This document shows positions 51,597 to 61,364 of a stretch of DNA of 64,000 nt, in pieces (position 1 is the first letter of the stretch; each line of letters opens with the position of its first letter). The stretch is from contig OY760183.1 in NCBI GenBank assembly GCA_963663275.1, positions 736,001 through 800,000 of the forward strand, in the 5' to 3' direction. Source of the DNA: Chloroflexota bacterium (lineage in GTDB: Bacteria; Chloroflexota; UBA11872; VXOZ01). Both the position numbers and the translations under genes were made by a program. The notes under the pieces were generated by a model. It searched no databases, had not been told where the DNA came from, and worked only from the letters and a program-made list of their open reading frames with translations.

Positions 51597-54500
51597 ATGA
51601 GCGGGACGGTTTCTCGTTACTCGTTAGCACGGCAGAACGCGCGGAAGCGCAGTATCGGGTGGCTGGCCTTGGCGCTGGCCCTGTTCGCGGTAAGTTTCCT
51701 CATTTCCCCCATCGCCTCCGCGCAGGCGGCGAGCGTCAGCGGTTGGGCGGAGTCCGAGTCCGTCCAGGCGCAATCGGATCCGACCCCCACGCCCGAACCC
51801 ACCGCAACCCCGACCCCGGCGCCCCTCGCCTTCAACGTCACCGGCATTAGCGACCAGCAGTACATGAAGGGCGTTTCCTTCGGTACGTTGAACTTGCCGG
51901 CGGCCACCGGCGGCAGCGGTTCGCTCACCTACAGCCTGTCCGGCACGCTGCCCGCGGGCCTGACTTTCAGCGCCTCGGCGCGCACCATCAGCGGCACGCC
52001 CACGGAGTCCAGGGGCACAGTCTCCCTGGCGTACGCGGCTACCGACGGCACGGACACCGCTTTCATCAGGTTCAGCCTGCTGGAGGCGATGGAACAAAAG
52101 ACCCCCACCCCGGTTCCGGTCCCGCCAGCGCCCGGCGGCGTCAGCGCGATCCGCGGCACTGGCACGTTGACCGTCAGTTGGAACGCCGCCGCGGGCGCGA
52201 CCGGCTACAACGTTAATTGGACGGACGATCACAAGTCCAGTTGGAAGCGCGGCGCCAGCAACGAGAGTGGCACGAGCGTAACGCTCAGCGACATCGACGA
52301 CAGCAAAGACTACTATGTGGCCGTGCAGGCCGTGAACGGCAGCGGCGCCAGCGGCTGGACGGACTCCGGCCTCATCAAGGCCGCGCCGCAACCCACGCCC
52401 ACGCCGAAGCCGGTGCCGACGGCGACCCCCACACCGGTTCCGGCCCCGCCAGCGCCCAGCGGCGTCAGCGCCAGCCGCGGCGTCGGCACGCTCAACGTCA
52501 GTTGGAACGCGGCGGCCGGCGCGACCGGCTACAACGTCAATTGGACGGACGACGGCAAGGCCAGTTGGAACCGCGGCGCGAGCAACGTCAGCGGCACGAG
52601 CGTGACGCTCAACAACATCGACGCCACCAAAGACTACTACGTCTCCGTGCAGGCGGTGAACGCCGGCGGCGCCAGCGGCTGGACGGATTCCAGCCTCATA
52701 ACGGCCGGGCAGCCCTCGCTCCAAGCGACCCCGACCCCGGCGGACCTCAGCTTCAGCGTCAACGACATTGCCGACCGGAACTACACCAGCGGCGTCGCCT
52801 TCGGTACGTTGAACCTGCCTGAGGCCACCGGCGGCAGCGGTTCGCTCACCTACAGCCTCTCCGGGACGCTGCCCGCGGGCCTCAGCTTCGATTCGTCGGC
52901 GCGCACCATCAGCGGCACGCCCACGGAAGGCAAGGGCACGGTCGCCCTGACGTACCAGGTTACCGACGGCACGGACACCGCTTCCATCAAGTTCAACCTG
53001 CTGGAGGCCCAGGAAGAAGCCCGGGCGCAGAACAACCAAGCGCCCGAAACGATAGCCAGCACCCACGATACCCATCACCAGATAAACCCCTCGAGCGACC
53101 CCCCAGGCGGTGACAACCAGTGCTACCACAACCACGGGGTGTCGTACCCATCCGGCGAGAGTAGCTATTTCAGTGACCCGGACGGCGACACGCTTACCAT
53201 CACGTCGACCAGCTCGCATCCCGCGCTGGCAGCCATCACGCAGGTCACCCCGGTCAGGATTCGCGCCAACCATCCCGCCGACACCTGGGTGACCATAACC
53301 ACCACGGCAACGGACCCCGGCGGCCTCTCCGCGAACTTCACCTGGAAGTACAAGATGACCTGCACCACCGCCCTGTCGGTGAACGAGAACAGCGCCGCCG
53401 GCACCGACGTGGGCTCGGTGGGCAGAAAAGGGAATTCTAACGCCGCGGCCAGCCAATATACCATCGAAGGGGACGCCGCCAACGCTTTCACCATTAACAG
53501 CAGCAGCGGCCTGATCGAGGTGAAGTCCGGGGCCAGCCTGGACTACGAGACCAAGAGCAGCTACAGCGGCACGGTCAAGTACAAGGCATCCAAGACAGTG
53601 GATGGCACCAGCTACACCAACGATTCTGCCCGCAGCGTGACAATCAACATCAATAACGTAGGCGGGCCTTCGGCGAACACGCCCACGGTGACCCGGGACG
53701 CCACCACGCCGACCACCAAGCTGGACGTGTCCTGGACTGCATCGACGTCCACGCACGCCAACGGCGTCACCGACTACGACGTGCAATACCGGCTGACCGG
53801 GGCCAGCAGTTGGACCAGCAAGTCCCACACCGGAACGACCACCAGCACGGAGCTTACGGGCCTCACCGCGGGCAAGAGCTACGAGGTGCAGGTGCGGGCC
53901 ACCGACGGCGAAGGCACCGGCTCCTGGTCATCCTCCGGCACGGCCATCACCCAATACACCACGCAGACCCGCAGCATCGCCGAAAACTCGACCGGCAATG
54001 TTGGCGCGGCGGTGGACGCCGATTCCAACCCCAAAGGCTACACCCTGTCCTACTCCCTGGGCGGAACCGACGCCAGCAGCTTCGACATCAGCTCCTCCAC
54101 CGGCCAAATCACGGTGGCAACGGGAACCACGCTGGACTACGAAACCAAGAAGTCCTACAGCGTCACCGTGACCATGGCGGTGTCCGGAACGACCAGTGTC
54201 ACCGGCACCGGCAACACCGGCCTCAGCCCCAACGGGACGGGCAACTACCTCATCCCGGTGACCATCAACATAACCGACGTGAACGAAACGCCCCAGTTCC
54301 CGAAGGACACGGACACCCGCAGCATCGCCGAAAACTCGGCGGCGGGCACCAACATCGGCGCGGCGGTTACCGCCAGCGCCGGCCAGGCCGCGTTGACCTA
54401 CTCGCTTACGGGAACCAACGCCAGCGACTTCGACATCGTATCAACCAGCGGACAAATACGAGTCAAGTCGGCCCTGAACTACGAATCCAAGACCTCGTAC

Positions 54501-57500
54501 AGCGTGACGGTGAACGTAACCGACGGCAAGGACAGCAGCAACAATGACGACAGCAGCATCGACGACACCATCACCGTAACCATCAACGTGACGGACGTGA
54601 ACGAGCCGCCGGCCAAGCCGGCCGCACCGACGGTGTCGGCCAACAGCACGACGCCGACGAGCAAGCTGGACGTAAGCTGGACGGCGCCGACGATGACCGG
54701 CAAGCCGGCCATAACCGACTACGACGTGCAGTACCGCAAGCACGGCGAGTCCTCGTGGACGGACGCCTCCTTCACGGGCACGGGCACGAGCACGACCCTG
54801 AGCAGCCTGACCGCGAGCAAGAGCTACGAGGTGCAGGTGCGCGCCACGAACGACGAAGGGACGAGCGACTGGTCGGATTCGGGCACGGCGATCACCGACG
54901 GGAACGCGGTGACCCGCAGCATTGCCGAGAACTCGGCGGCGGGCACGGCGGTAGGGGCCGCGGTGACCGCCAGTTCCAACCCGAACGACTACACCCTGAC
55001 GCACAGTCTGGGCGGGACGGACGCCGGCAAGTTCACGATCGAGAGCGGCAGCGGCCAGATAAAGGTGAAGACGGGCACGAACCTGGACTACGAGACGAAG
55101 ACCAGTTACAGCGTGACGGTGACGGTCGCGGCGGCGGTGGCGCAGAGCGAAGGCGCTAACAGTCAATCGGTGTCGCCGAACAACCCCGGCAACTACGTGA
55201 TACCGGTGACGATCAACGTAACCGACGTGAACGAAGCGCCGGAGTTTACCGGCAGCACGGCCACGCGGAGCATCGCCGAGAACTCGGCGGTAGGGACCAA
55301 CGTGGGCGCGGCGGTGACGGCGACCGACGTGGACGGCGATACGCTGGAGTATTCGCTGACGGGCACCGACGCGGGTAAGTTCGACATCAGCTCGAGCACG
55401 GGCCAGATCACGGTAAAGACGGGCCACGTGCCCAACTACGAAGCCAAGACCTCGTACAGCGTGACGGTGAACGTGAGCGACAAGAAGAACGCGAGCGGCA
55501 CGGCGGACACGGCGATCGACGACACGATTGCGGTGACGATCAACGTGACGGACGTGGACGAGCCGCCGGATGCGCCGGCCGCGCCGACGGTGTCGGCCAA
55601 CAGCACAACGCCGACCAGCAAGCTGGACGTAAGCTGGACCGCGCCGACGATGACCGGCAAGCCGGCAATCAGCGACTACGACGTGCAGTACCGCAAGCAC
55701 GGAGATTCGTCATGGACGGACGCCTCGTTCACGGGCACGGGCACGAGCACCACGCTGACGGGTCTGACCGCGGGCAAGAGCTACGAGGTGCAGGTGCGGG
55801 CCACGAACGATGAAGGCACGAGCGCTTGGTCGGATTCGGGCACGGCCATTACCGACGGCAGCGGCGTGACCCGCAGCATCGCCGAGAATTCGGCGGCGGG
55901 CACGGCGGTAGGCGCGGCGGTGACGGCCAGTTCCAACCCGAACGACTACACGCTGACGCACAGTCTGAGCGGAACGGACGCCGGCAAGTTCACGATTGAG
56001 AGCGGCAGCGGCCAGATTAAGGTGAAGACCGGCACGAACCTGGACTACGAGACGAAGAAGAGCTACAGCGTGACGGTGACGGTGGCGGCGACGGTGGCGC
56101 AAAGCGAAGGCGCTAACAGTCAGTCGGTCGCGCCGAACAACCCCGGCAGTTACGTGATACCGGTGACGATCAACGTGACCGACGTGAACGAGAAGCCGGA
56201 ACTCTCGGATGGGACGTCGGCGACGCGCAGCATCGCCGAGAACTCGGCGGTGGGGACGAACGTGGGCGCGGCGGTGGCCGCGACCGACCAGGACGGCGAT
56301 ACGCTGACCTATTCGCTGACGGGTACCGACGCGGGTAAGTTCGACATCAGCTCGAGCACGGGCCAGATCACGGTGAAGACGGGGCACGTGCCCAACTATG
56401 AAGCCAAGACCTCGTACAGCGTGACGGTGAACGTGACCGATAAGAAGAAGCCGGACGGCACGGCGGACACGGCAATCGACGATACGATTGCGGTGACGAT
56501 CAACGTGACGGACGTCGATGAGCCGCCGGATGCGCCGGCCGCGCCGACGGTGTCGGCCAACAGCACAACGCCGACCAGCAAGCTGGACGTAAGCTGGACG
56601 GCGCCGACGATGACCGGCAAGCCGGCGATCAGCGACTACGACGTGCAGTACCGCAAGCACGGGGATTCCTCCTGGACGGACGCCTCGTTCACGGGCACGG
56701 GCACCAGCACGACGCTGACGGGCCTGACCGCGGGCAAGAGCTACGAGGTGCAGGTGCGGGCCACGAACGATGAAGGCACGAGCGCCTGGTCGGATTCGGG
56801 CACGGCCATTACCGAAGGCAGTGGGGTGACCCGCAGCATCGCCGAGAACTCGGCGGCGGGCACTGCGGTAGGCGCGGCGGTGACGGCGTCGTCGAACCCG
56901 AATAGCTACACCTTGACCCACAGTTTGAGCGGCACGGACGCCGGCAGCTTTACGATCGACAGCGGCAGCGGCCAGATAAAGGTGAAGACCGGGACGAACC
57001 TGGACTACGAGACGAAGAAGAGCTACAGCGTGACGGTGACGGTGGCGGCGTCGGTGGCGCAGAGCGAAGGCGCTAACAGTCAGTCGGTCGCGCCGAACAA
57101 TCCCGGCAACTACATGATCCCGGTGACGATCAACGTGACCGACGTGAACGAGAAGCCGGAACTGACGGACGGGACGTCGGCCACGCGGAGCATCGCCGAG
57201 AACTCGGCGGTGGGCACGAACGTGGGCGCGGCGGTGGCCGCGACCGACCAGGACGGCGATACGCTGACCTATTCGCTGACCGGTACCGACGCGGCGAAGT
57301 TCGACATCAGCTCGACCACGGGCCAGATCACGGTGAAGACGGGCCACGTGCCCAATTACGAGGCCAAGACCTCGTACAGCGTGACGGTGAACGTGACCGA
57401 TAAGAAGAAGCCCGACGGCACGGCGGACACGGCGATCGACGACACGATCGCGGTGACGATCAACGTGACGGACGTGAATGAGCCGCCGGCGGCCCCGGAC

Positions 57501-60428
57501 GCGCCGACGGTGACGATCCATGCCACCTCGCCGGAAACGAAGCTCGACGTAAGCTGGACGGCGCCGGACATGACGGGCAAACCGGCCATCAGCGACTACG
57601 ACGTGCAGTACCGGAAGCATGGCGATTCCTCCTGGTCGGACGCCTCGTTCACGGGCACGGGCACGAGCACGACGTTGACGGGCCTGACCGCGGGCAAGAG
57701 CTACGAGGTGCAGGTGCGCGCCACGAACAACGAAGGCACCGGCCCTTGGTCGGCTTCGGGTTCGGCGATCACCGACGGAAACGCGGTGAGCCGCAGTGTG
57801 CCGGAGAACTCCGCGGCGGGCACGAACGTGGGCGCGGCGGTGACGGCCAGTTCCAATCCGAACAACTACACCTTGACGCACACGATGAGCGGCACGGACG
57901 CCGGCAAATTCACGATTGACAGCGGCACCGGCCAAATCAAGGTGAAGAGCGGCACGAACTTGGACTACGAGACGAAGAACAGCTACAGCGTGACGGTGAC
58001 GGTGAAGGCGGCGGTGGCGCAGACCCAAGGCGCAAAAAAGCAGTCGGTGGCGCCGAACAATCCCGGCAACTACGTGATCCCGGTGACGATCAAGGTGACC
58101 GACGTGAACGAGAAGCCGGAACTGTCGGAGGGGACGTCGGCGACGCGGAGCATCGCCGAGAACTCGCCGGTAGGGACGAACGTGGGCGCGGCGGTGACGG
58201 CAACCGACGTTGACGGCGATACGCTGACCTATTCGCTGACGGGCACCGACGCTGGGAAGTTCGACATCGGGTCGGGCACGGGCCAGATCACGGTGAAGAC
58301 GGGCCACGTGCCCAACTATGAAGCCAAGACTTCGTACAGCGTGACGGTGAACGTGACCGATAAGAAGAAACCCGACGGCACGGCGGACACGGCAATCGAC
58401 GACACGATCGCGGTGACGATCAACGTGACGGACGTGAACGAGCCGCCGCCGCAATTGGCCGCGCCGACGGTGACGACGAATGCCGCCTCGCCGACGGGCA
58501 AGCTGGACGTGAGTTGGGCAGCGCCGACGACCCAGCAGATGGCCGGCAAGCCGGCCGTGAACGACTACGACGTGCGCTACCGGAAACACGGCGACGCCAA
58601 CTGGACGGACGCCTCGTTCAGCGGCACGGGCACGAGCACTACCCTGGTAGGTGTGACGGCCAGCAAGAGCTATGAGGTGCAGGTGCGCGCCGGAAACGTG
58701 GAAGGAGAGGGCGCTTGGTCGCCTTCGGGCTCGGCCATAACCGACGGGGACGCGGTCACGCGCAGCATCGCCGAGAATTCGCCGGCGGGCACGGCGGTAG
58801 GCGCGGCGGTGACGGCCAGTTCCAACCCGAACAACTACACCTTGACGCACTCGTTGAGCGGAACGGACGCCGGGAAGTTCAGCATCGATAGCGGGACGGG
58901 TCAGATAAAGGTAGGGACGGGCACGTCGCTGGACTACGAGACGAAGACAAGCTACAGCGTAGTCGTGACGATAGCGGCGGCGAGTAGCGGCGGCGGAGCA
59001 TCGGCTAATTCGGTGGCGCCGAACAATCCCGGCAACTACGTGGTGCCGGTGACGATCAGAGTGACGGACGTGAATGAAATATCGGAGTTCACGGACGGGA
59101 CCACGGCCACGCGGAGCATAGTGGAGAACGCGTCGGTGGGGACGAACGTGGGCGCGGTAGTGACGGCGACGGACGTTGACGGCGATACGCTGACGTATTC
59201 GCTGCTGGGGACGGACGCGGACTCGTTCACCATCGTAGCGTCCACTGGGCAGATAAAGGTGAAGGCGGGCCACGTGCCCGACTACGAGACGAAGAATTCG
59301 TACAGTCTGTCGGTAGGCGCGAGCGACGGCAAGGACGCTAACGACAATCCGGATAACGCGGTGGACACCACGATACCGGTGAAGATCACGGTGACGGACG
59401 TCGATGAGCCGCCGGACGCGCCGGCCGCGCCGACGGTGACGACCAATGCGACGACGCCGACGAGCAAGTTGGACGTGAGTTGGACGGCGCCGGACACGAC
59501 CGGGAAGACGGCGATACACGACTACGACGTGCGCTACCGTGCGGATGGCGCTTCCGGCTGGACGGACGCATCGTTCAGCGGGACGGGCACGAGCACGACG
59601 CTGACCGGGCTGGACGCGGGCACCACGTATGCGGTGCAGGTGAGGGCCCGGAACTACGAGGGCGTAAGCGGCTGGTCGCCCTCGGGTAAAGGCAAGACGG
59701 ATCAGTCCAAGAATAAGGCCCCTCGGCAATTGCTGCCGCTGACGCCGACTCCGACGCCGTCGCTAGACCCATCGACGCCGCTATTGCAGGCGACGCCGGT
59801 GCTAGACCCCTCGGCGCCGCGCGTGCCGGGACCGACTACCCCCATCTTCTTGGGCAAGAGCGCGTGCGCGTCGGCCTATGACTTTGGGAAGACGATGCAC
59901 CTGGATCGACACGACGGCGGGGCTGACCTGGATATCGAGATTGGCTCGATCTCGGCCGACGGCAGCATAGAGGTAAAGGGCTTCATCCGGGACAGCGACC
60001 TGGGCCAGACCTATAGCATCGTGCGCTACGAGGCCGATGGCCGCGTGGTGCGGGTGTGGGTGGATCCGGACGACCCGTTGATCCATGAAATCCCCTGGGA
60101 AGAGGTGAACACGAAGTTCACGGTGCCGGTCTGCGTGGTGGTGGCGATCCCGCTGGACGACCAGTTCCCGGCTGTGGGGCAAATGGTGAGGCGGTTCGAC
60201 GGCCAGGACGACCGGATCTTCCGGCACGTGGGCAACCTGGTGTGGCGTCACATACCGGACGAAGGCACATTCCAGTCGCTGGGTTACCACTGGTGCAACG
60301 TGACAGCGGCCAACGCGGGCTACTTCGACCAGATCAACATCGGCGAGCCGCTTCCCAGCAGCGGGACGGCGCCGAAGGACGACTACCCAAGTTGTTGGGT
60401 CTGGGGAGAGGAGCCTCGCTCCCGGTAA
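51597..60428 (+). CDS. Giant secreted surface protein/adhesin 2 (about six Fn3-cadherin-cadherin units; same C-terminal domain as gene 1)
   Basis: ~2940-aa ORF; internal 960-nt periodicity; GGAG 6 nt before ATG 51597. Confidence 0.93.
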   Translation: MSGTVSRYSLARQNARKRSIGWLALALALFAVSFLISPIASAQAASVSGWAESESVQAQSDPTPTPEPTATPTPAPLAFNVTGISDQQYMKGVSFGTLNLPAATGGSGSLTYSLSGTLPAGLTFSASARTISGTPTESRGTVSLAYAATDGTDTAFIRFSLLEAMEQKTPTPVPVPPAPGGVSAIRGTGTLTVSWNAAAGATGYNVNWTDDHKSSWKRGASNESGTSVTLSDIDDSKDYYVAVQAVNGSGASGWTDSGLIKAAPQPTPTPKPVPTATPTPVPAPPAPSGVSASRGVGTLNVSWNAAAGATGYNVNWTDDGKASWNRGASNVSGTSVTLNNIDATKDYYVSVQAVNAGGASGWTDSSLITAGQPSLQATPTPADLSFSVNDIADRNYTSGVAFGTLNLPEATGGSGSLTYSLSGTLPAGLSFDSSARTISGTPTEGKGTVALTYQVTDGTDTASIKFNLLEAQEEARAQNNQAPETIASTHDTHHQINPSSDPPGGDNQCYHNHGVSYPSGESSYFSDPDGDTLTITSTSSHPALAAITQVTPVRIRANHPADTWVTITTTATDPGGLSANFTWKYKMTCTTALSVNENSAAGTDVGSVGRKGNSNAAASQYTIEGDAANAFTINSSSGLIEVKSGASLDYETKSSYSGTVKYKASKTVDGTSYTNDSARSVTININNVGGPSANTPTVTRDATTPTTKLDVSWTASTSTHANGVTDYDVQYRLTGASSWTSKSHTGTTTSTELTGLTAGKSYEVQVRATDGEGTGSWSSSGTAITQYTTQTRSIAENSTGNVGAAVDADSNPKGYTLSYSLGGTDASSFDISSSTGQITVATGTTLDYETKKSYSVTVTMAVSGTTSVTGTGNTGLSPNGTGNYLIPVTINITDVNETPQFPKDTDTRSIAENSAAGTNIGAAVTASAGQAALTYSLTGTNASDFDIVSTSGQIRVKSALNYESKTSYSVTVNVTDGKDSSNNDDSSIDDTITVTINVTDVNEPPAKPAAPTVSANSTTPTSKLDVSWTAPTMTGKPAITDYDVQYRKHGESSWTDASFTGTGTSTTLSSLTASKSYEVQVRATNDEGTSDWSDSGTAITDGNAVTRSIAENSAAGTAVGAAVTASSNPNDYTLTHSLGGTDAGKFTIESGSGQIKVKTGTNLDYETKTSYSVTVTVAAAVAQSEGANSQSVSPNNPGNYVIPVTINVTDVNEAPEFTGSTATRSIAENSAVGTNVGAAVTATDVDGDTLEYSLTGTDAGKFDISSSTGQITVKTGHVPNYEAKTSYSVTVNVSDKKNASGTADTAIDDTIAVTINVTDVDEPPDAPAAPTVSANSTTPTSKLDVSWTAPTMTGKPAISDYDVQYRKHGDSSWTDASFTGTGTSTTLTGLTAGKSYEVQVRATNDEGTSAWSDSGTAITDGSGVTRSIAENSAAGTAVGAAVTASSNPNDYTLTHSLSGTDAGKFTIESGSGQIKVKTGTNLDYETKKSYSVTVTVAATVAQSEGANSQSVAPNNPGSYVIPVTINVTDVNEKPELSDGTSATRSIAENSAVGTNVGAAVAATDQDGDTLTYSLTGTDAGKFDISSSTGQITVKTGHVPNYEAKTSYSVTVNVTDKKKPDGTADTAIDDTIAVTINVTDVDEPPDAPAAPTVSANSTTPTSKLDVSWTAPTMTGKPAISDYDVQYRKHGDSSWTDASFTGTGTSTTLTGLTAGKSYEVQVRATNDEGTSAWSDSGTAITEGSGVTRSIAENSAAGTAVGAAVTASSNPNSYTLTHSLSGTDAGSFTIDSGSGQIKVKTGTNLDYETKKSYSVTVTVAASVAQSEGANSQSVAPNNPGNYMIPVTINVTDVNEKPELTDGTSATRSIAENSAVGTNVGAAVAATDQDGDTLTYSLTGTDAAKFDISSTTGQITVKTGHVPNYEAKTSYSVTVNVTDKKKPDGTADTAIDDTIAVTINVTDVNEPPAAPDAPTVTIHATSPETKLDVSWTAPDMTGKPAISDYDVQYRKHGDSSWSDASFTGTGTSTTLTGLTAGKSYEVQVRATNNEGTGPWSASGSAITDGNAVSRSVPENSAAGTNVGAAVTASSNPNNYTLTHTMSGTDAGKFTIDSGTGQIKVKSGTNLDYETKNSYSVTVTVKAAVAQTQGAKKQSVAPNNPGNYVIPVTIKVTDVNEKPELSEGTSATRSIAENSPVGTNVGAAVTATDVDGDTLTYSLTGTDAGKFDIGSGTGQITVKTGHVPNYEAKTSYSVTVNVTDKKKPDGTADTAIDDTIAVTINVTDVNEPPPQLAAPTVTTNAASPTGKLDVSWAAPTTQQMAGKPAVNDYDVRYRKHGDANWTDASFSGTGTSTTLVGVTASKSYEVQVRAGNVEGEGAWSPSGSAITDGDAVTRSIAENSPAGTAVGAAVTASSNPNNYTLTHSLSGTDAGKFSIDSGTGQIKVGTGTSLDYETKTSYSVVVTIAAASSGGGASANSVAPNNPGNYVVPVTIRVTDVNEISEFTDGTTATRSIVENASVGTNVGAVVTATDVDGDTLTYSLLGTDADSFTIVASTGQIKVKAGHVPDYETKNSYSLSVGASDGKDANDNPDNAVDTTIPVKITVTDVDEPPDAPAAPTVTTNATTPTSKLDVSWTAPDTTGKTAIHDYDVRYRADGASGWTDASFSGTGTSTTLTGLDAGTTYAVQVRARNYEGVSGWSPSGKGKTDQSKNKAPRQLLPLTPTPTPSLDPSTPLLQATPVLDPSAPRVPGPTTPIFLGKSACASAYDFGKTMHLDRHDGGADLDIEIGSISADGSIEVKGFIRDSDLGQTYSIVRYEADGRVVRVWVDPDDPLIHEIPWEEVNTKFTVPVCVVVAIPLDDQFPAVGQMVRRFDGQDDRIFRHVGNLVWRHIPDEGTFQSLGYHWCNVTAANAGYFDQINIGEPLPSSGTAPKDDYPSCWVWGEEPRSR

Positions 60429-60475
60429 CGCCGGGCCGCTTGAGGTAGGGCTTTCGGCGTAAGCAGAGACAAAGT

Positions 60476-60519
60476 GGAGAGGCCGTCCCGCGGAGTGAAA
60501 TCCGCGGGGCGGCCTCTCT
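60476..60519 (+). terminator. GC-rich stem-loop downstream of giant gene 2
   Basis: GGAGAGGCCGTCCCGCGGA-GTGAAA-TCCGCGGGGCGGCCTCTCT; homologous to 50514-50551. Confidence 0.6.
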
Positions 60520-60806
60520 GCGCGTGCCCGGTTCCAACGGCGAAAACCCGGAAGCCACACCCCCGCGATGCAGGCTTGGCGGCAGTTTCTCGCGCTCCGG
60601 CGGGGGACAAGCCCCCGCGCTACGTTAACGCGACAGCATTGGGGACAAGCCCCCGGGCTACGCTAATGCGACGGCATGGGGGTGAGGTGGGAGAATGAGA
60701 CTCCCTCTCCCTGGGGAGAGGGCCGGGGTGAGGGGGGAGAGCAGGGGGAGATACCCGGAACTTCCCCGGTTTTTTCCGGTTTCTCCTATTTTACCCCCAG
60801 AATCGC

Positions 60807-60835
60807 TTGCGCCGTTTAGATGCGTCGTGTATTAT
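60807..60835 (+). promoter_or_regulatory. Putative sigma70 promoter TTGCGC-17-TATTAT for giant gene 3
   Basis: Third copy of the promoter layout, with T-tracts upstream. Confidence 0.72.
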
Positions 60836-60953
60836 CTGTCTGTAACATTAGAGGCATACACAACGAATGTAGGATGATAGCAGATAGCATCAGATGAATC
60901 GGAATTATGTCTTGCACAGTGTATTGGGAACGTCACACAAGCAAGCGGAATTC

Positions 60954-61078
60954 ATCGCGCATGGCCGAGAGGTACGGGGGGCGCTCCCGCCTCTCGTCCT
61001 GCCGTCCTCCATCCCCGCACAGGCTGCTCCGTCCCTTGGCCGGGACGGAGCGCCAGTGTTCGCCGGGTGGAGGGCAGC
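60954..61078 (+). ncRNA. Candidate structured leader RNA, copy 3
   Basis: Stems GAGAGG/CCTCTC, CGGGG/TCCCG, GTCCTCCATCC/GGGTGGAGGGC, GCTCCGTCCC/GGGACGGAGC. Confidence 0.55.
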
Positions 61079-61364
61079 GCAGATGGGCGTGAGCAGTAGC
61101 GTAGCGGGCGTTCGCCGGCCGGCTACAGCGGATGTAGTGAGCGAAACGGAGGGCGCGGAGATTTAGGTTCATTCTGAGCGAGGCCGTTCACCAAAAGCGG
61201 CACGCTCACAGGTAGCGCCGCCAGCGCGCGGCCGCCGGAGAACGTGGCAAGCCAGAGACCGAGTGAGGAGTTTGTCGAGAGCGCTTGCCGATGGGTTTCG
61301 GCGCGATTGTGCGCAGCGGTCGGGATGAGGGATCGGTTTTTCTAGCAATGCTATGGAGCGTGTC

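Noticed and set aside
45487-59729. Very long minus-strand ORFs (1064 aa at 45487-48681, 1339 aa at 55710-59729, and 42751-44658, 51624-53828)
   Set aside because: Arg/His/Val-rich antisense shadows of the repetitive, GC-rich adhesin genes; no recognisable domains.
49850-60428. Near-identical C-termini of genes 1 and 2 as a diversity-generating retroelement TR/VR pair
   Set aside because: Both copies are coding, differences do not appear adenine-specific, and no reverse transcriptase is present.
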